Assembly (NCBI GenBank): GCA_002162985.1
Contig: MAAD01000043.1
Coordinates: 637 to 64,636, forward strand
DNA length: 64,000 nt
Reading direction: 5' to 3'
Source of the DNA: Bermanella sp. 47_1433_sub80_T6
Lineage (GTDB): Bacteria > Pseudomonadota > Gammaproteobacteria > Pseudomonadales > Oceanobacteraceae
The notes beneath the pieces are model-generated. The model made no database searches. It saw nothing but the letters and a program-made list of their open reading frames with translations, and was not told the DNA's origin. Positions 41,474-51,053 of the stretch are shown here, piece after piece; position 1 is the first letter of the stretch, and every line of letters starts with the position of its first letter. The position numbers and the translations under genes were made by a program.

Positions 41474-41731
41474 GCCTCCTTGGATCTGTAATTGATTAAA
41501 ACCTGCTTGGTAGTATCTGCTTTTAGTATAGGGTCTTTTAGCGGATTGCCAATTGAGGGCAATGCCCGCAGAGGCATCTAATAGAAGGTAACGATCTAAA
41601 ATTAAATAATTTATAGAGCTATATATTATCTGCGAAGGTGGAAAGCGCTCATATCTGAAGAGCCGTGGGCTATACTGGATAGGCTGAATTCAATTGATGT
41701 TGGGCGATTGTTAGCCTTAAAGGATGCCGTT

Positions 41732-44065
41732 ATGACACGTGCTCTGAGTAATCTGAATTGTATGTTTTTACTGTTGTATTCTTCTTGTTTGAATGCGACC
41801 CAAGATTTCAGCCCGCTCTTTGACATGTCGTTGGAGGCCTTGTTGGCTCTTAATGTCAGCAGTGCGACCTTGTCTGCCATGCCATTATCCGATACTCCGG
41901 CTTCCGTGGTCATCATTACCCGAGAGCAAATCGAGCGTAGTCCAGCCAGAAACGTGCGGGATTTACTTGAGATCTATGTGCCGGGTTTGGTATTTTTTGA
42001 TGATCCGGCCAACGGCGGTAATATTCGCATTCGTGGCATAGGCCAGAGAAATTATAATACCATCTTGTTGGTCAATGGCCGGCCTATTAATCAAAAGTCG
42101 GACCAGGGTTCGGTAGCCGAACTCAATAACTGGGACATGACAGATTTTGAACGCATTGAAGTGGTGAGCGGACCCGGTTCGGTAACCCATGGCCCGGGCG
42201 CCATATCCGGGGTCATTAATTTAATCACCCAGAAAGCCGGTTCCGTGGAGGGGCTCAAACTTGGAATTCGTTATAACCATAATTATCAAAGTAAAGGAAT
42301 TTTTCTCGATTACGGCAATATTGGTGCGGATGTTCAGTGGCTAAGCCATGTAAGTGTAAACCGTACTCAGGGTTATGAGGATGTGAAAATATACCAGCTT
42401 GGCAGTAACGGTGAGCATGGTTACAAGGGTGACGCCAGTGCATTTAGCGGATCGGACGCTAACCCGGTGGCCAATTTTTACGGGGATGCGGATGATGAAC
42501 CACAAGTGAAGCTGTCTGTGGATGTGTCGTTGTTTGAGGATTGGCACTTTTTAAGTCGCTATAGTTCGTCTGGTATTGTCAGTACCGTCACCGAGAAAGA
42601 TTACCTGGATGGGGCAAATGCCACCCATGAATTTAGTGATCAGCACTTCTTGGCAACCCTGGAAAATGAACACCAATTTGGATCCCAGGCGCAACTAAAA
42701 AGCATGTTGAGTTTTGATTCCGAAAACTATTACACCACCAATGCCAAGCAAACTTCCCTTGATCATAATGATGTACTGAACCGCAAAAAAAATTATTCAG
42801 AAAATGAATGGTTTCTACGGTCACTGTACAGCTACCAATGGTCACAAATACTGTCAATTACTGCGGGATTTGAGTATGCCCATGACTACCTGGCCAAGCC
42901 CTGGGGTGAGTCGTCTGATACCTTCCGAGCCGGTACCAGCAAGCGTAATTTCATAACCGAAGATTCGGTATACAGGGGAGATGGATCAAATGGCACCATC
43001 AAGGATGCCGACGTGGTGAAGTTTACCGATGGCTGGTCCGCGGATACCTACTCACTCATGGCAGAGATGAAGTATGAGGTGTTGTTGGGCACCACGGCAT
43101 TTTTGTCTGCCCGTCTGGATAAAAATGATTATAGCGATAGTTTGTTTTCCCCCCGTGTGGCGCTGGTATCTCATCTAGATAATGAGAATACAGTAAAGGC
43201 CAGTTGGCAAAAATCATTGCGCATGAATACCATGATTGAACTTTACATAGAGGAGTTGGAGGGAGAGACCGCTGACCCGGAAGAGATTGAGTCCTTTGAA
43301 CTTACCTATAGTCTGACCCAGAGCACAAACCTGTATGCCAGTGTCACCGTCTATCATACTCAATCAGAAATAATTGCCTGGTCCGGTACCGAATCCGAAC
43401 TGGTTGGAGAGCAAAAGATTAGCGGGCTGGAATTGAAATTTAGTTACCAGATGGACGATTTAACTCTGGGCGCAAATCATTCTTTTTTGCAGCTCGATGA
43501 CTGGGATTTTACGGCCAAGCTAAGTGACGGAACCGCATTGCAAAAAGTCAGCTTGTCAGACTTTTTCTATACTAGGAATCTTGAATTTTTAACCCTGCAA
43601 AGCACCGGTGATAGCCTTATTTTTTGGTCTGATAATACCACCAAATTATGGGCAGATATGAGTCTGACCGCCGACCTGATATTGCATCTCGATGCTCGTA
43701 TTTTGTGGGGCATGCAATATGGTGACGACTTGTTTGGCATGTATGACAAGGCCCATGCCGCTGTAGACGTGAGTGCCTTAAGCGGGCAAGAATTAACCGA
43801 TTACAATCAGGATTTACAGGACTATAACAACTATAAGCAGGCGGTAAATGATAAAGACCCGTTTGGTCGTACTGTATTTTTTAACGCCGCGTTAATTTGG
43901 CAGTTACCGTATTTACAAGACGCCAGGCTCAGTGTGTATGGGCAGAACCTGATTAACTTCAATGATAATACCCGGCAAAAATCCATTAACTATGGCAATG
44001 TACCTGTGAGTAGCTGGATCGAAGAGCCTCGTACCCTGTGGTTGACGCTGGACAGCCGTTTCTAA
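41732..44065 (+). CDS. TonB-dependent receptor
   Basis: LFDMSLEALLALNVSSA, PASVVIITREQI, IRIRG, LLVNG, ERIEVVSGPGS..GVINLIT plug; C-terminal YGQNL..EPRTLWLTLDSRF. Confidence 0.92.
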   Translation: MTRALSNLNCMFLLLYSSCLNATQDFSPLFDMSLEALLALNVSSATLSAMPLSDTPASVVIITREQIERSPARNVRDLLEIYVPGLVFFDDPANGGNIRIRGIGQRNYNTILLVNGRPINQKSDQGSVAELNNWDMTDFERIEVVSGPGSVTHGPGAISGVINLITQKAGSVEGLKLGIRYNHNYQSKGIFLDYGNIGADVQWLSHVSVNRTQGYEDVKIYQLGSNGEHGYKGDASAFSGSDANPVANFYGDADDEPQVKLSVDVSLFEDWHFLSRYSSSGIVSTVTEKDYLDGANATHEFSDQHFLATLENEHQFGSQAQLKSMLSFDSENYYTTNAKQTSLDHNDVLNRKKNYSENEWFLRSLYSYQWSQILSITAGFEYAHDYLAKPWGESSDTFRAGTSKRNFITEDSVYRGDGSNGTIKDADVVKFTDGWSADTYSLMAEMKYEVLLGTTAFLSARLDKNDYSDSLFSPRVALVSHLDNENTVKASWQKSLRMNTMIELYIEELEGETADPEEIESFELTYSLTQSTNLYASVTVYHTQSEIIAWSGTESELVGEQKISGLELKFSYQMDDLTLGANHSFLQLDDWDFTAKLSDGTALQKVSLSDFFYTRNLEFLTLQSTGDSLIFWSDNTTKLWADMSLTADLILHLDARILWGMQYGDDLFGMYDKAHAAVDVSALSGQELTDYNQDLQDYNNYKQAVNDKDPFGRTVFFNAALIWQLPYLQDARLSVYGQNLINFNDNTRQKSINYGNVPVSSWIEEPRTLWLTLDSRF

Positions 44066-44284
44066 CCTTGTACATTTTTAATGATTCATGTCAGTAAAAT
44101 TGTCGCCCCATTTAAGCTATACAGCTTGGCCGGTAAAGTATGTTTTTTTCCAGATTTCAGATTGTCATGAATGGTGTCTGGGGGGGTGATAAACTATGCT
44201 TAAGAGTGGAGTTGGGTGCGGGTATATTCTTTAAGGTGGCACCTGGCAGTCTAGGCTTTTATTTGATTTTTCATGTGAGTATCT

Positions 44285-44521
44285 ATGAGATGCGTATTCT
44301 GCAATAAGCCTGTTCATGGCGGCGATGGGATGAGCATCACCGGGTTGGGAGTGGCTCATCAACAATGTTTCCAGGCGGATGAAGCCTTGCGTCGAACCTT
44401 TCAAAATCTGGATATTCGAGCCTTGAATGACCAGGAGTTGGTTGAGTTAAAAGACCTGATACTGGCCGAGCAAAATTCCAGAAAACCCCCTGAAGAATTT
44501 GAAGATGTGGAGCTGTTTTAG
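44285..44521 (+). CDS. DUF2175-like small zinc-binding protein
   Basis: CxxC...AHxxC, RTFQNLDI..L..LKDLILAE. Confidence 0.75.
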   Translation: MRCVFCNKPVHGGDGMSITGLGVAHQQCFQADEALRRTFQNLDIRALNDQELVELKDLILAEQNSRKPPEEFEDVELF

Positions 44522-44644
44522 CGCCCCTACAATCACAGGCCTGCTAAGGAATATGGGCTGTCTCTCATATCCGTCTATGCGGATTAAAGCTATTTGACAT
44601 GGTTGGCCATTTTGGAAATTGACTGTAGGTGACAATTTGTTTTA

Positions 44645-45688
44645 ATGGTGGCCATGAATCAGTCTTTAAACTATTTACAACCTAAAATTGCAGTGCACGC
44701 GGTGCGCTCCTTGGTGAATTTTGCAGAGCGTCGTGGGCTTGATCGTGAGGTGTTGCTTAACGAAGCCAGTTTGTCCGAGTCACAATTAAACGAAGGTCGA
44801 TTGTTGATCGATGTGCGCCGTCACGAGGATATTTATAGCCTGGCCAGTGGTCTGCTGGATGAACCTATGTTGGGTTTTCTTCATGGCCAGCAATACGAAC
44901 CGGAGCGCTGGGGGGTGTTGGGCTTGGTTGCGCTCACGTCCAGCAGTATTGCTGCGGCCATGGCGGCTCAGTTTCGCTTTCAGTCCTTGTCGGGCAACAT
45001 GGGGGCACCCCTTCAGCTCAATCATGGGCAATTGACCACCATGCAGTGGGTGCCGGCTTATAATTGCAGTCATCACATGAGCGAGACCATCATTACCGGC
45101 ATGGTGGCTTTTGCTCGAAATCTCACCAACCAGGCAGATTACTCTCCCAGCGCGGTCTATTTTACTCATCCAGCCTTGGCGCCAGTGGATGTGTATGAGC
45201 GTTATTTTGAATGCCCTGTGCATTTTAATGCAGAGCATAATGCCTTGGTCATTGAAAATGCCATGTTGCAATGGCCGTTACGTAAAACTGATTTGGAATT
45301 GAATAAAGTATTAATGGAGCACGCTCAATCCCTGTTAACCCAGCAGTCTTTTACCTCGCCCATGGAGGTCATAAAGGATTATGTCATCAAAAATCTGCCC
45401 ACCCATGTACCCGACCTGGATGAGGTGGCTGCCTATTTAAACCTCAGTGTGCGCAGTGCCCAGCGAAAGTTAAACGAATATGGAACCAGTTACTCCCAAG
45501 TGTTAGATGCCATCCGTAAAGAGCTGGCGTTAACCTATTTACGCCAAACATCAAACTCGGTTTTGTACGTGAGTGAGCGCCTGGGGTTCTCCGAGCAGAG
45601 TGCGTTTCAGCGGGCCTTTAAACGATGGACCAATACCACCCCCAGACGCTATCGGCTGGGGATCTTGTCAGGGGATTCGTCGCAATAA
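44645..45688 (+). CDS. AraC-family regulator (Arabinose_bd_2 / OruR-like)
   Basis: YFECPVHF, SVRSAQRKL, LGFSEQSAFQRAFKRWT. Confidence 0.92.
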   Translation: MVAMNQSLNYLQPKIAVHAVRSLVNFAERRGLDREVLLNEASLSESQLNEGRLLIDVRRHEDIYSLASGLLDEPMLGFLHGQQYEPERWGVLGLVALTSSSIAAAMAAQFRFQSLSGNMGAPLQLNHGQLTTMQWVPAYNCSHHMSETIITGMVAFARNLTNQADYSPSAVYFTHPALAPVDVYERYFECPVHFNAEHNALVIENAMLQWPLRKTDLELNKVLMEHAQSLLTQQSFTSPMEVIKDYVIKNLPTHVPDLDEVAAYLNLSVRSAQRKLNEYGTSYSQVLDAIRKELALTYLRQTSNSVLYVSERLGFSEQSAFQRAFKRWTNTTPRRYRLGILSGDSSQ

Positions 45689-45697
45689 TGTGTTTTT

Positions 45698-45733
45698 TGA
45701 CTCTGCGCGCCAGTAGCCTGACTTCATAGGTCA
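45698..45733 (+). promoter_or_regulatory. Candidate AraC tandem operator
   Basis: TGAC-N7-GCCA and TGAC-N7-GTCA 21 bp apart; same pattern at 44595-44634 and 49823-49837. Confidence 0.55.
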
Positions 45734-45799
45734 GGATTGCTGTGAGCAGATGCTTTAAAGTAATGCCACTTCGCAAGCTTTGAAAACAAGAGGCCCTCT

Positions 45800-46705
45800 A
45801 TGCCTGAAATACATTATGACGCCGCCCAGCAATGGGTGTTAAATCTAACCCTTGCCATGATGGTGTTAGGCCTGGCATTGGATATCCGCCCTAAAGACTT
45901 CCTGGCGGTGTTTAAATCTCCAAAAGCACCCGCCATCGGTTTGCTGGCGCAATTTTTGTTATTACCTGCCTTCACCTGTTTGCTCACGTTATTACTTGAT
46001 TTACCCGCCGGCATAGAGCTGGGCATGATATTAGTGGCCGCTTGCCCGGGTGGGGCCTTGTCGAATTTCATCACCCACTTATCCGGTGGTAATACTGCCT
46101 TGTCTATTTCCATTACTGCTATTTCCAGCACCATTGCCGTGGTGATGTTACCCATTAATTTTATGTTTTGGGCGGGGTTAAATCCAGTGGCCAATGAGTT
46201 GTTACTCAACATTAATGTGGACGGCTTCGCCATTCTTAAATCCCTGTTAGTGGTTTTGGCAGCGCCCTTGTCACTTGGGTTTTTAATTCAACATTTTTTA
46301 CCAAACGTGGCGTTAAAACTTCATCATATCCTTAAATACCTAAGCCTGTTGGCCTTGGTGGCGTTCATATTTATCGCGGTTTATAACAATCTTGAGCACT
46401 TTCTAAATAATTTCTGGCTATTGTTTGCTGTGGTGCTGGCACATAACGCACTGGCGTTATCGCTGGGTTATCTATCTTCTTCTTTGGGGCACTTACCGGT
46501 AGCGGATAAAAAGGCCATTACCTTGGAAGTGGGCATGCAAAACTCCTCTCTGGCCATCGCCATTGTATTTACTCAGTTTGGTGCCGAATACGGTATGGCA
46601 CTCATCAGTGCATTCTGGGGCACCTGGCACATAGTTGCGGGTTTATTGTTTGCGGGAGTTTGTCGCGCAGGTGTGTTTAACAAGAATGCGGAGCTCAATA
46701 CATGA
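45800..46705 (+). CDS. Bile acid:sodium symporter (BASS) family transporter
   Basis: AQFLLLP, ACPGGALSN, EVGMQNS. Confidence 0.92.
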   Translation: MPEIHYDAAQQWVLNLTLAMMVLGLALDIRPKDFLAVFKSPKAPAIGLLAQFLLLPAFTCLLTLLLDLPAGIELGMILVAACPGGALSNFITHLSGGNTALSISITAISSTIAVVMLPINFMFWAGLNPVANELLLNINVDGFAILKSLLVVLAAPLSLGFLIQHFLPNVALKLHHILKYLSLLALVAFIFIAVYNNLEHFLNNFWLLFAVVLAHNALALSLGYLSSSLGHLPVADKKAITLEVGMQNSSLAIAIVFTQFGAEYGMALISAFWGTWHIVAGLLFAGVCRAGVFNKNAELNT

Positions 46706-47649
46706 AAATTTTAATTACCGGTGCGGCCGGGGACATCGGCACGCGCCTGGTGGAATTTTTTTCCAATCAGAAAAATGTAGAGCTGTTTACCACAGATTTA
46801 TCCAAGCCCAAGATTCAAGGGGGTTATGAACACAAAGATTTTGATGTCCGTGACCCTAATTTTTTTGACTGGGTGAAGGAAGTCTCCCCCCAGGTTGTTG
46901 TTCATTTGGCATCCATTGTATCGTTGCCGGCCAATATGTCCCGTGGAGATGCCCATGATATCGATGTGGTCGCTACAGAAAAACTCATGGCGACGTGTGT
47001 GGCGGTAGGCGTGGAAAAAGTAGTGGTAACCTCAAGTGGTGCTGCCTACGGATACTGGCAAGATAACGCCCAGTGGTTAACCGAAGATATGCCGGTGCGG
47101 GGTAATGACGACTATTTTTATTCAAGCCATAAACGTCAAGTGGAAGAATTAATGGCGGCGTATAGAAGCAAACATCCTCAGTTAAAACAGGTGGTCTTGC
47201 GTCCGGGCACTGTGTTGGGGCCCAATTTTCAAAATCCTATCACCAATATGTTTGCACAAAAGAAAATCACCGGCATAAAAGGCACCGACTCCCCCTTTGT
47301 GATTATCTGGGTAGATGATTTGGTGGCCTACTTAATTGAGGCTGCGTTAAGCGATGTGGAGGGAATCTATAATGTGGCAGGTGATGGCACCTTGTCATTG
47401 CAGAGGATCGCCAAGCGACTCAATAAACCTTTTCTAGAGCTGCCTGCTTGGTTTATGCGTGGCATGTTAACCATTTTAAAACCCTTGGGTTTGTCCCAGT
47501 ATGGCCCGGAACAAGTGAAATTTATTGAGTTTAGGCCGGTATTGGACAATAAAAAAATTAAACATGGCTTTAAACATCAGCCCGCCAAAAGCACCGAGCA
47601 GGCATTTGAATCTTTTTTACAGGAAACCGATAAGGACTACATAAAATAA
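46702..47649 (+). CDS. NAD-dependent epimerase/dehydratase (extended SDR)
   Basis: ITGAAGDIG, HLA, SSGAAYG, YSSHK. Confidence 0.9.
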   Translation: MKILITGAAGDIGTRLVEFFSNQKNVELFTTDLSKPKIQGGYEHKDFDVRDPNFFDWVKEVSPQVVVHLASIVSLPANMSRGDAHDIDVVATEKLMATCVAVGVEKVVVTSSGAAYGYWQDNAQWLTEDMPVRGNDDYFYSSHKRQVEELMAAYRSKHPQLKQVVLRPGTVLGPNFQNPITNMFAQKKITGIKGTDSPFVIIWVDDLVAYLIEAALSDVEGIYNVAGDGTLSLQRIAKRLNKPFLELPAWFMRGMLTILKPLGLSQYGPEQVKFIEFRPVLDNKKIKHGFKHQPAKSTEQAFESFLQETDKDYIK

Positions 47650-47689
47650 GTTACCTGTGGGTTGTCTTGGTTTATTTTCGAAGAGTGTT

Positions 47690-48877
47690 ATGAAATTATT
47701 TCTGTTTTATCTGTCTTGCTTTTTTGGCTTTATCGCGGGTCACATGGTGAATTACAGCGCCATCATGTACAGCCTGCAGACGTTTGATTCTTCCTTGTTG
47801 GCAGGGGTGGCTTATAGTCTGTGTTTTGGCCCCCCCATTGTTTTTGGCTGGCTGGCGGGCTCCTATATAGATAGGTACAGCGCTAAAAAAGTGCTGTTGG
47901 TGTCCCAGAACTCATTTATTTTGGGTGTGACCGGTATGATGCTGGTCATGTTGTATGAACCCGATCATTCAATATTTTATTTTTTACTGTCCAGTTTTTT
48001 TGTGGGCATTGCCTGGTCGTTTGTGGCGCCCTCGCGGTTGGCGGCAGTGGGGCAATACGTGAGCCGTGAAAATATGCCGCAAGCCATGATTGTATTAAAT
48101 TTACTGATCATGCTGGGTTTTGGTTTGGCCCCTGTGTTATTAACCCAAATTCAAGAACAAGTTGGTTGGCCGGGTGTCGCTATGACGTGTATGGCGCTCT
48201 TTACGGCCTCCAGTCTTTTGTTGCTAAACGCACCCAATAATCACAAGCGCCTAACTCATCAAAATTTAAAGCAGGAATGGCAAGAATGTTTTGCCGAGCT
48301 TAAAAAGATCCCTGTGATTCCTCAATTGTTATTTGCCGCCATAGTGGGTTATTTGATGATGGGGCCCATGCAGGTGGTATTGCCTCAAATCGCAGATCAG
48401 CAACTGGGACTAGAAAATGTCGAAAAGGGCCAGTATTTAGGTTTGATTGCCTTGTCGTTGATTATAGGGGGAGTCGCGGCCATGAAGCTTCGCACTGTAT
48501 TGCCCATTGGGAAATCCATGTTGGTGATGTTGTTGTTGTGTGGGGTGAGTCTGGCCTTATTGGGCAGCATTACATCCTTGTGGTTGAGTTGCTTGGTGTT
48601 GGTGATAGGAACAACCCTGGCAGGCATTACCGTTAGTTTTATTGTGGCGGCTTTACAGACTTTTACTCCGGAGCATATTCGCGGGCGGGTGATGAGTATC
48701 TATACCATTATTAGCCAGGTAATTTCAGCTACGGCTGGCATGTTTGCCGGAGCGCTTGCTCAGGGGATAAGTGTACCCAGTGGTTTGTATGGCATCGCGT
48801 TATTGTTTGTAGTGTTAACTATTTTATTGGCCGTAAAAGCCACTCACCTTAAGGCGTTTGTGCGCTTTCCCGATTAA
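47690..48877 (+). CDS. MFS transporter
   Basis: AGSYIDRYSAKK, QTFTPEHIRGRVMS, 12 TM. Confidence 0.88.
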   Translation: MKLFLFYLSCFFGFIAGHMVNYSAIMYSLQTFDSSLLAGVAYSLCFGPPIVFGWLAGSYIDRYSAKKVLLVSQNSFILGVTGMMLVMLYEPDHSIFYFLLSSFFVGIAWSFVAPSRLAAVGQYVSRENMPQAMIVLNLLIMLGFGLAPVLLTQIQEQVGWPGVAMTCMALFTASSLLLLNAPNNHKRLTHQNLKQEWQECFAELKKIPVIPQLLFAAIVGYLMMGPMQVVLPQIADQQLGLENVEKGQYLGLIALSLIIGGVAAMKLRTVLPIGKSMLVMLLLCGVSLALLGSITSLWLSCLVLVIGTTLAGITVSFIVAALQTFTPEHIRGRVMSIYTIISQVISATAGMFAGALAQGISVPSGLYGIALLFVVLTILLAVKATHLKAFVRFPD

Positions 48878-48952
48878 TAGAGATTGACATTTGGCTTGTG
48901 TATTTGGCGGCATCAGATCTCACTATATAGAGATCTGGCACACCATTAACGG

Positions 48953-49651
48953 TTAATTACTTTCTTTAGAGTTCTCAAAAACACTGTCTTTGTGTTTAAT
49001 CATGTCGGCCCGTAATCCCAGCTTGATACTGGTATAGGTGGCTCGATCTTTTGTGGCAAGTTGTTTGGCCAGTTCCATGGATTTTTGCTGCAGCTCTTCC
49101 ATGGGATAAATATCATCCACCAAATTAAACTCTTTGCATTGCTGGCCGGTGTAGGCCGTGCCCACCAACGCCATGTGTTTTAGAGCATGCTGATTAGGCA
49201 GCATCTTAATGACCTCCATCATCATGGGGGTGAAAGGGATTTTTATATTGACCTCGGGAAAGCAGAAACGTCCTCGATCGGATCGCATGATTCTAAAATC
49301 ACAGCAGCAAGCCAGCACCGCCGAACCTGCATAAGTATTGCCGTTCATGCAAATGACGGTGGGGGCGTTTAACAGCGCCAGGCGATAAAATACTCGTTCA
49401 AGTGTGTTAACAAATTTTTTCTGGCCATCGTAATTTTGTTTGATTAACCACTGTAAATTAATGCCAGTGGAAAAGGTTTTTAGGTCTTCACAGGTGATAA
49501 GCAGGGCGGTCTTGCCTTTATATTGCTCAACCGTTTCCAGGGCCCGAAGGTATTCATTGGCCACGTCCTGAGTTAATTGATTTTCGTTTTCATTGTTGGT
49601 GAGGGTCAGAACATGGATGCCATCTTTATGCTCTAGTGTCATGGTGGACAT
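48953..49651 (-). CDS. Enoyl-CoA hydratase/isomerase (delta3,delta2-isomerase-like)
   Basis: FSTGINL, NGNTYAG, DFRIMRSDRGRFCFPEV. Confidence 0.88.
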   Translation of the reverse strand: MSTMTLEHKDGIHVLTLTNNENENQLTQDVANEYLRALETVEQYKGKTALLITCEDLKTFSTGINLQWLIKQNYDGQKKFVNTLERVFYRLALLNAPTVICMNGNTYAGSAVLACCCDFRIMRSDRGRFCFPEVNIKIPFTPMMMEVIKMLPNQHALKHMALVGTAYTGQQCKEFNLVDDIYPMEELQQKSMELAKQLATKDRATYTSIKLGLRADMIKHKDSVFENSKESN

Positions 49652-49877
49652 AGTGATTCCCTTAATGGTCGGTCTATATTGTTGTATGGTCTTTCATTGA
49701 CGGACCAAAAATATTTGAATGAGCATTGGAAGTGAACCCAACGCTTTGAGGATTTTTGTGTTGCAGGGATCTTGAATCGGTCAATTACGTTTCATTATAT
49801 TGTTTTGCACGTGGGTGTGCATTGACCTGTTCAGTCAAGCAAACTTGCTATTTAAGTAAGTTAGCTTGACTGTGTGA

Positions 49878-50702
49878 TTAGTCCACAAATAAATCGGTAT
49901 AGAGCTTTTTACACTCTGGGTCATTCTGGTAGCCAATAAAATCGGTTACGCCACGTTCACGCAAAAAACCTTCATCTAATAATAATTGCCCGGTGAGTTC
50001 TTTGCTGTCACTGGTGAGGATTTCATAAGCGGCATCGGCCATGATGGCTGGGGTGCGAGATACCGGTAAAATAGCGGCGCCTGCTTCAAATTCCACGGCA
50101 GAAGTGGCGATGGTGGTTTGTGGCCACAATGAGTTAACAGCAATACCAAAACGACGGAACTCTTCCGCCAGTCCCAGGGTTAACATTGACATGCCATATT
50201 TACTGATAGTGTACGGGATGTAAGGTTTGAGCCATTTAAGTTCCATGTTAAGCGGTGGAGAAAGATTGATGATGTGCCCGTTCTCCGATTTTTTCAGGTA
50301 GGGCAGTGCCAGCTGTGAACAAAGCAATACCGCGCGAGTGTTGATTTGGTGCATTAGATCAAAGCGTTTAATAGGCGTGTTGGCAGCAGGCGTAAGGCGA
50401 ATGGCACCGGCGTTATTTATAACTGCATCGATGCCGCCAAAGGTTTCAACGGCTTGTGCCAGCGCCGCTTCCACGATGGCTTCATCGCGCACGTCAACTT
50501 TAATGGCCAGTGCCTGCCCGCCGGCGGCAATTACTTCTTCGGCAACCGAGTGAATAGTGCCGGGCAGTTTAGGGTGGGGTTCATCTGATTTGGCGGCGAT
50601 GATGATATTGGCCCCGTCTTTGGCACATTTTAGTGCTATCTCACGACCGATACCGCGACTGGCGCCGGTGATGAAAATGGTTTTGCCTTTTAAATTGGCC
50701 AT
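49878..50702 (-). CDS. SDR oxidoreductase (HSDL2/AtuG-like)
   Basis: TGASRGIG, AAKSDEPHPKLPGTI, NNA, LSPP, YTISKYGMS, NSLWP. Confidence 0.9.
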   Translation of the reverse strand: MANLKGKTIFITGASRGIGREIALKCAKDGANIIIAAKSDEPHPKLPGTIHSVAEEVIAAGGQALAIKVDVRDEAIVEAALAQAVETFGGIDAVINNAGAIRLTPAANTPIKRFDLMHQINTRAVLLCSQLALPYLKKSENGHIINLSPPLNMELKWLKPYIPYTISKYGMSMLTLGLAEEFRRFGIAVNSLWPQTTIATSAVEFEAGAAILPVSRTPAIMADAAYEILTSDSKELTGQLLLDEGFLRERGVTDFIGYQNDPECKKLYTDLFVD

Positions 50703-51053
50703 CGTGTTTGCTCCTTTAACAAGTTGTCATTATTTGGCTGTGTTTTGTAAATATAAATCTGATGGACTGTATGGTTTACCAACGCCATGGCAATGGATGG
50801 GGTCGCAGTACAGGGTTTTCATAAATAAACTTTCTATTAATTTTCTCAACTGCTGGCCCCGAGCGATCATCACCAAACTTGAAGGTTTGGCTCTGGTGAT
50901 GCTGCCTGTAATTGGGGGGCCAATACGGAGTAAATAGATTTTGCCTAAATTCTATTTGCCTAGCAAGCGCTTGGTTAGATAAAGTTGAGCCTTATAGGTG
51001 CTTTATCTTTATTTAGGCTGGTGGGGAGTAAGTAAAGAAGACTGTCACCTGGT

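Noticed and set aside
41626-41916. 96-aa ORF and other short ORFs nested in long genes throughout the window
   Set aside because: Antisense or frameshifted shadows with no motifs
50557-50937. 126-aa plus-strand ORF
   Set aside because: Partly antisense to the SDR gene, no RBS or recognisable family
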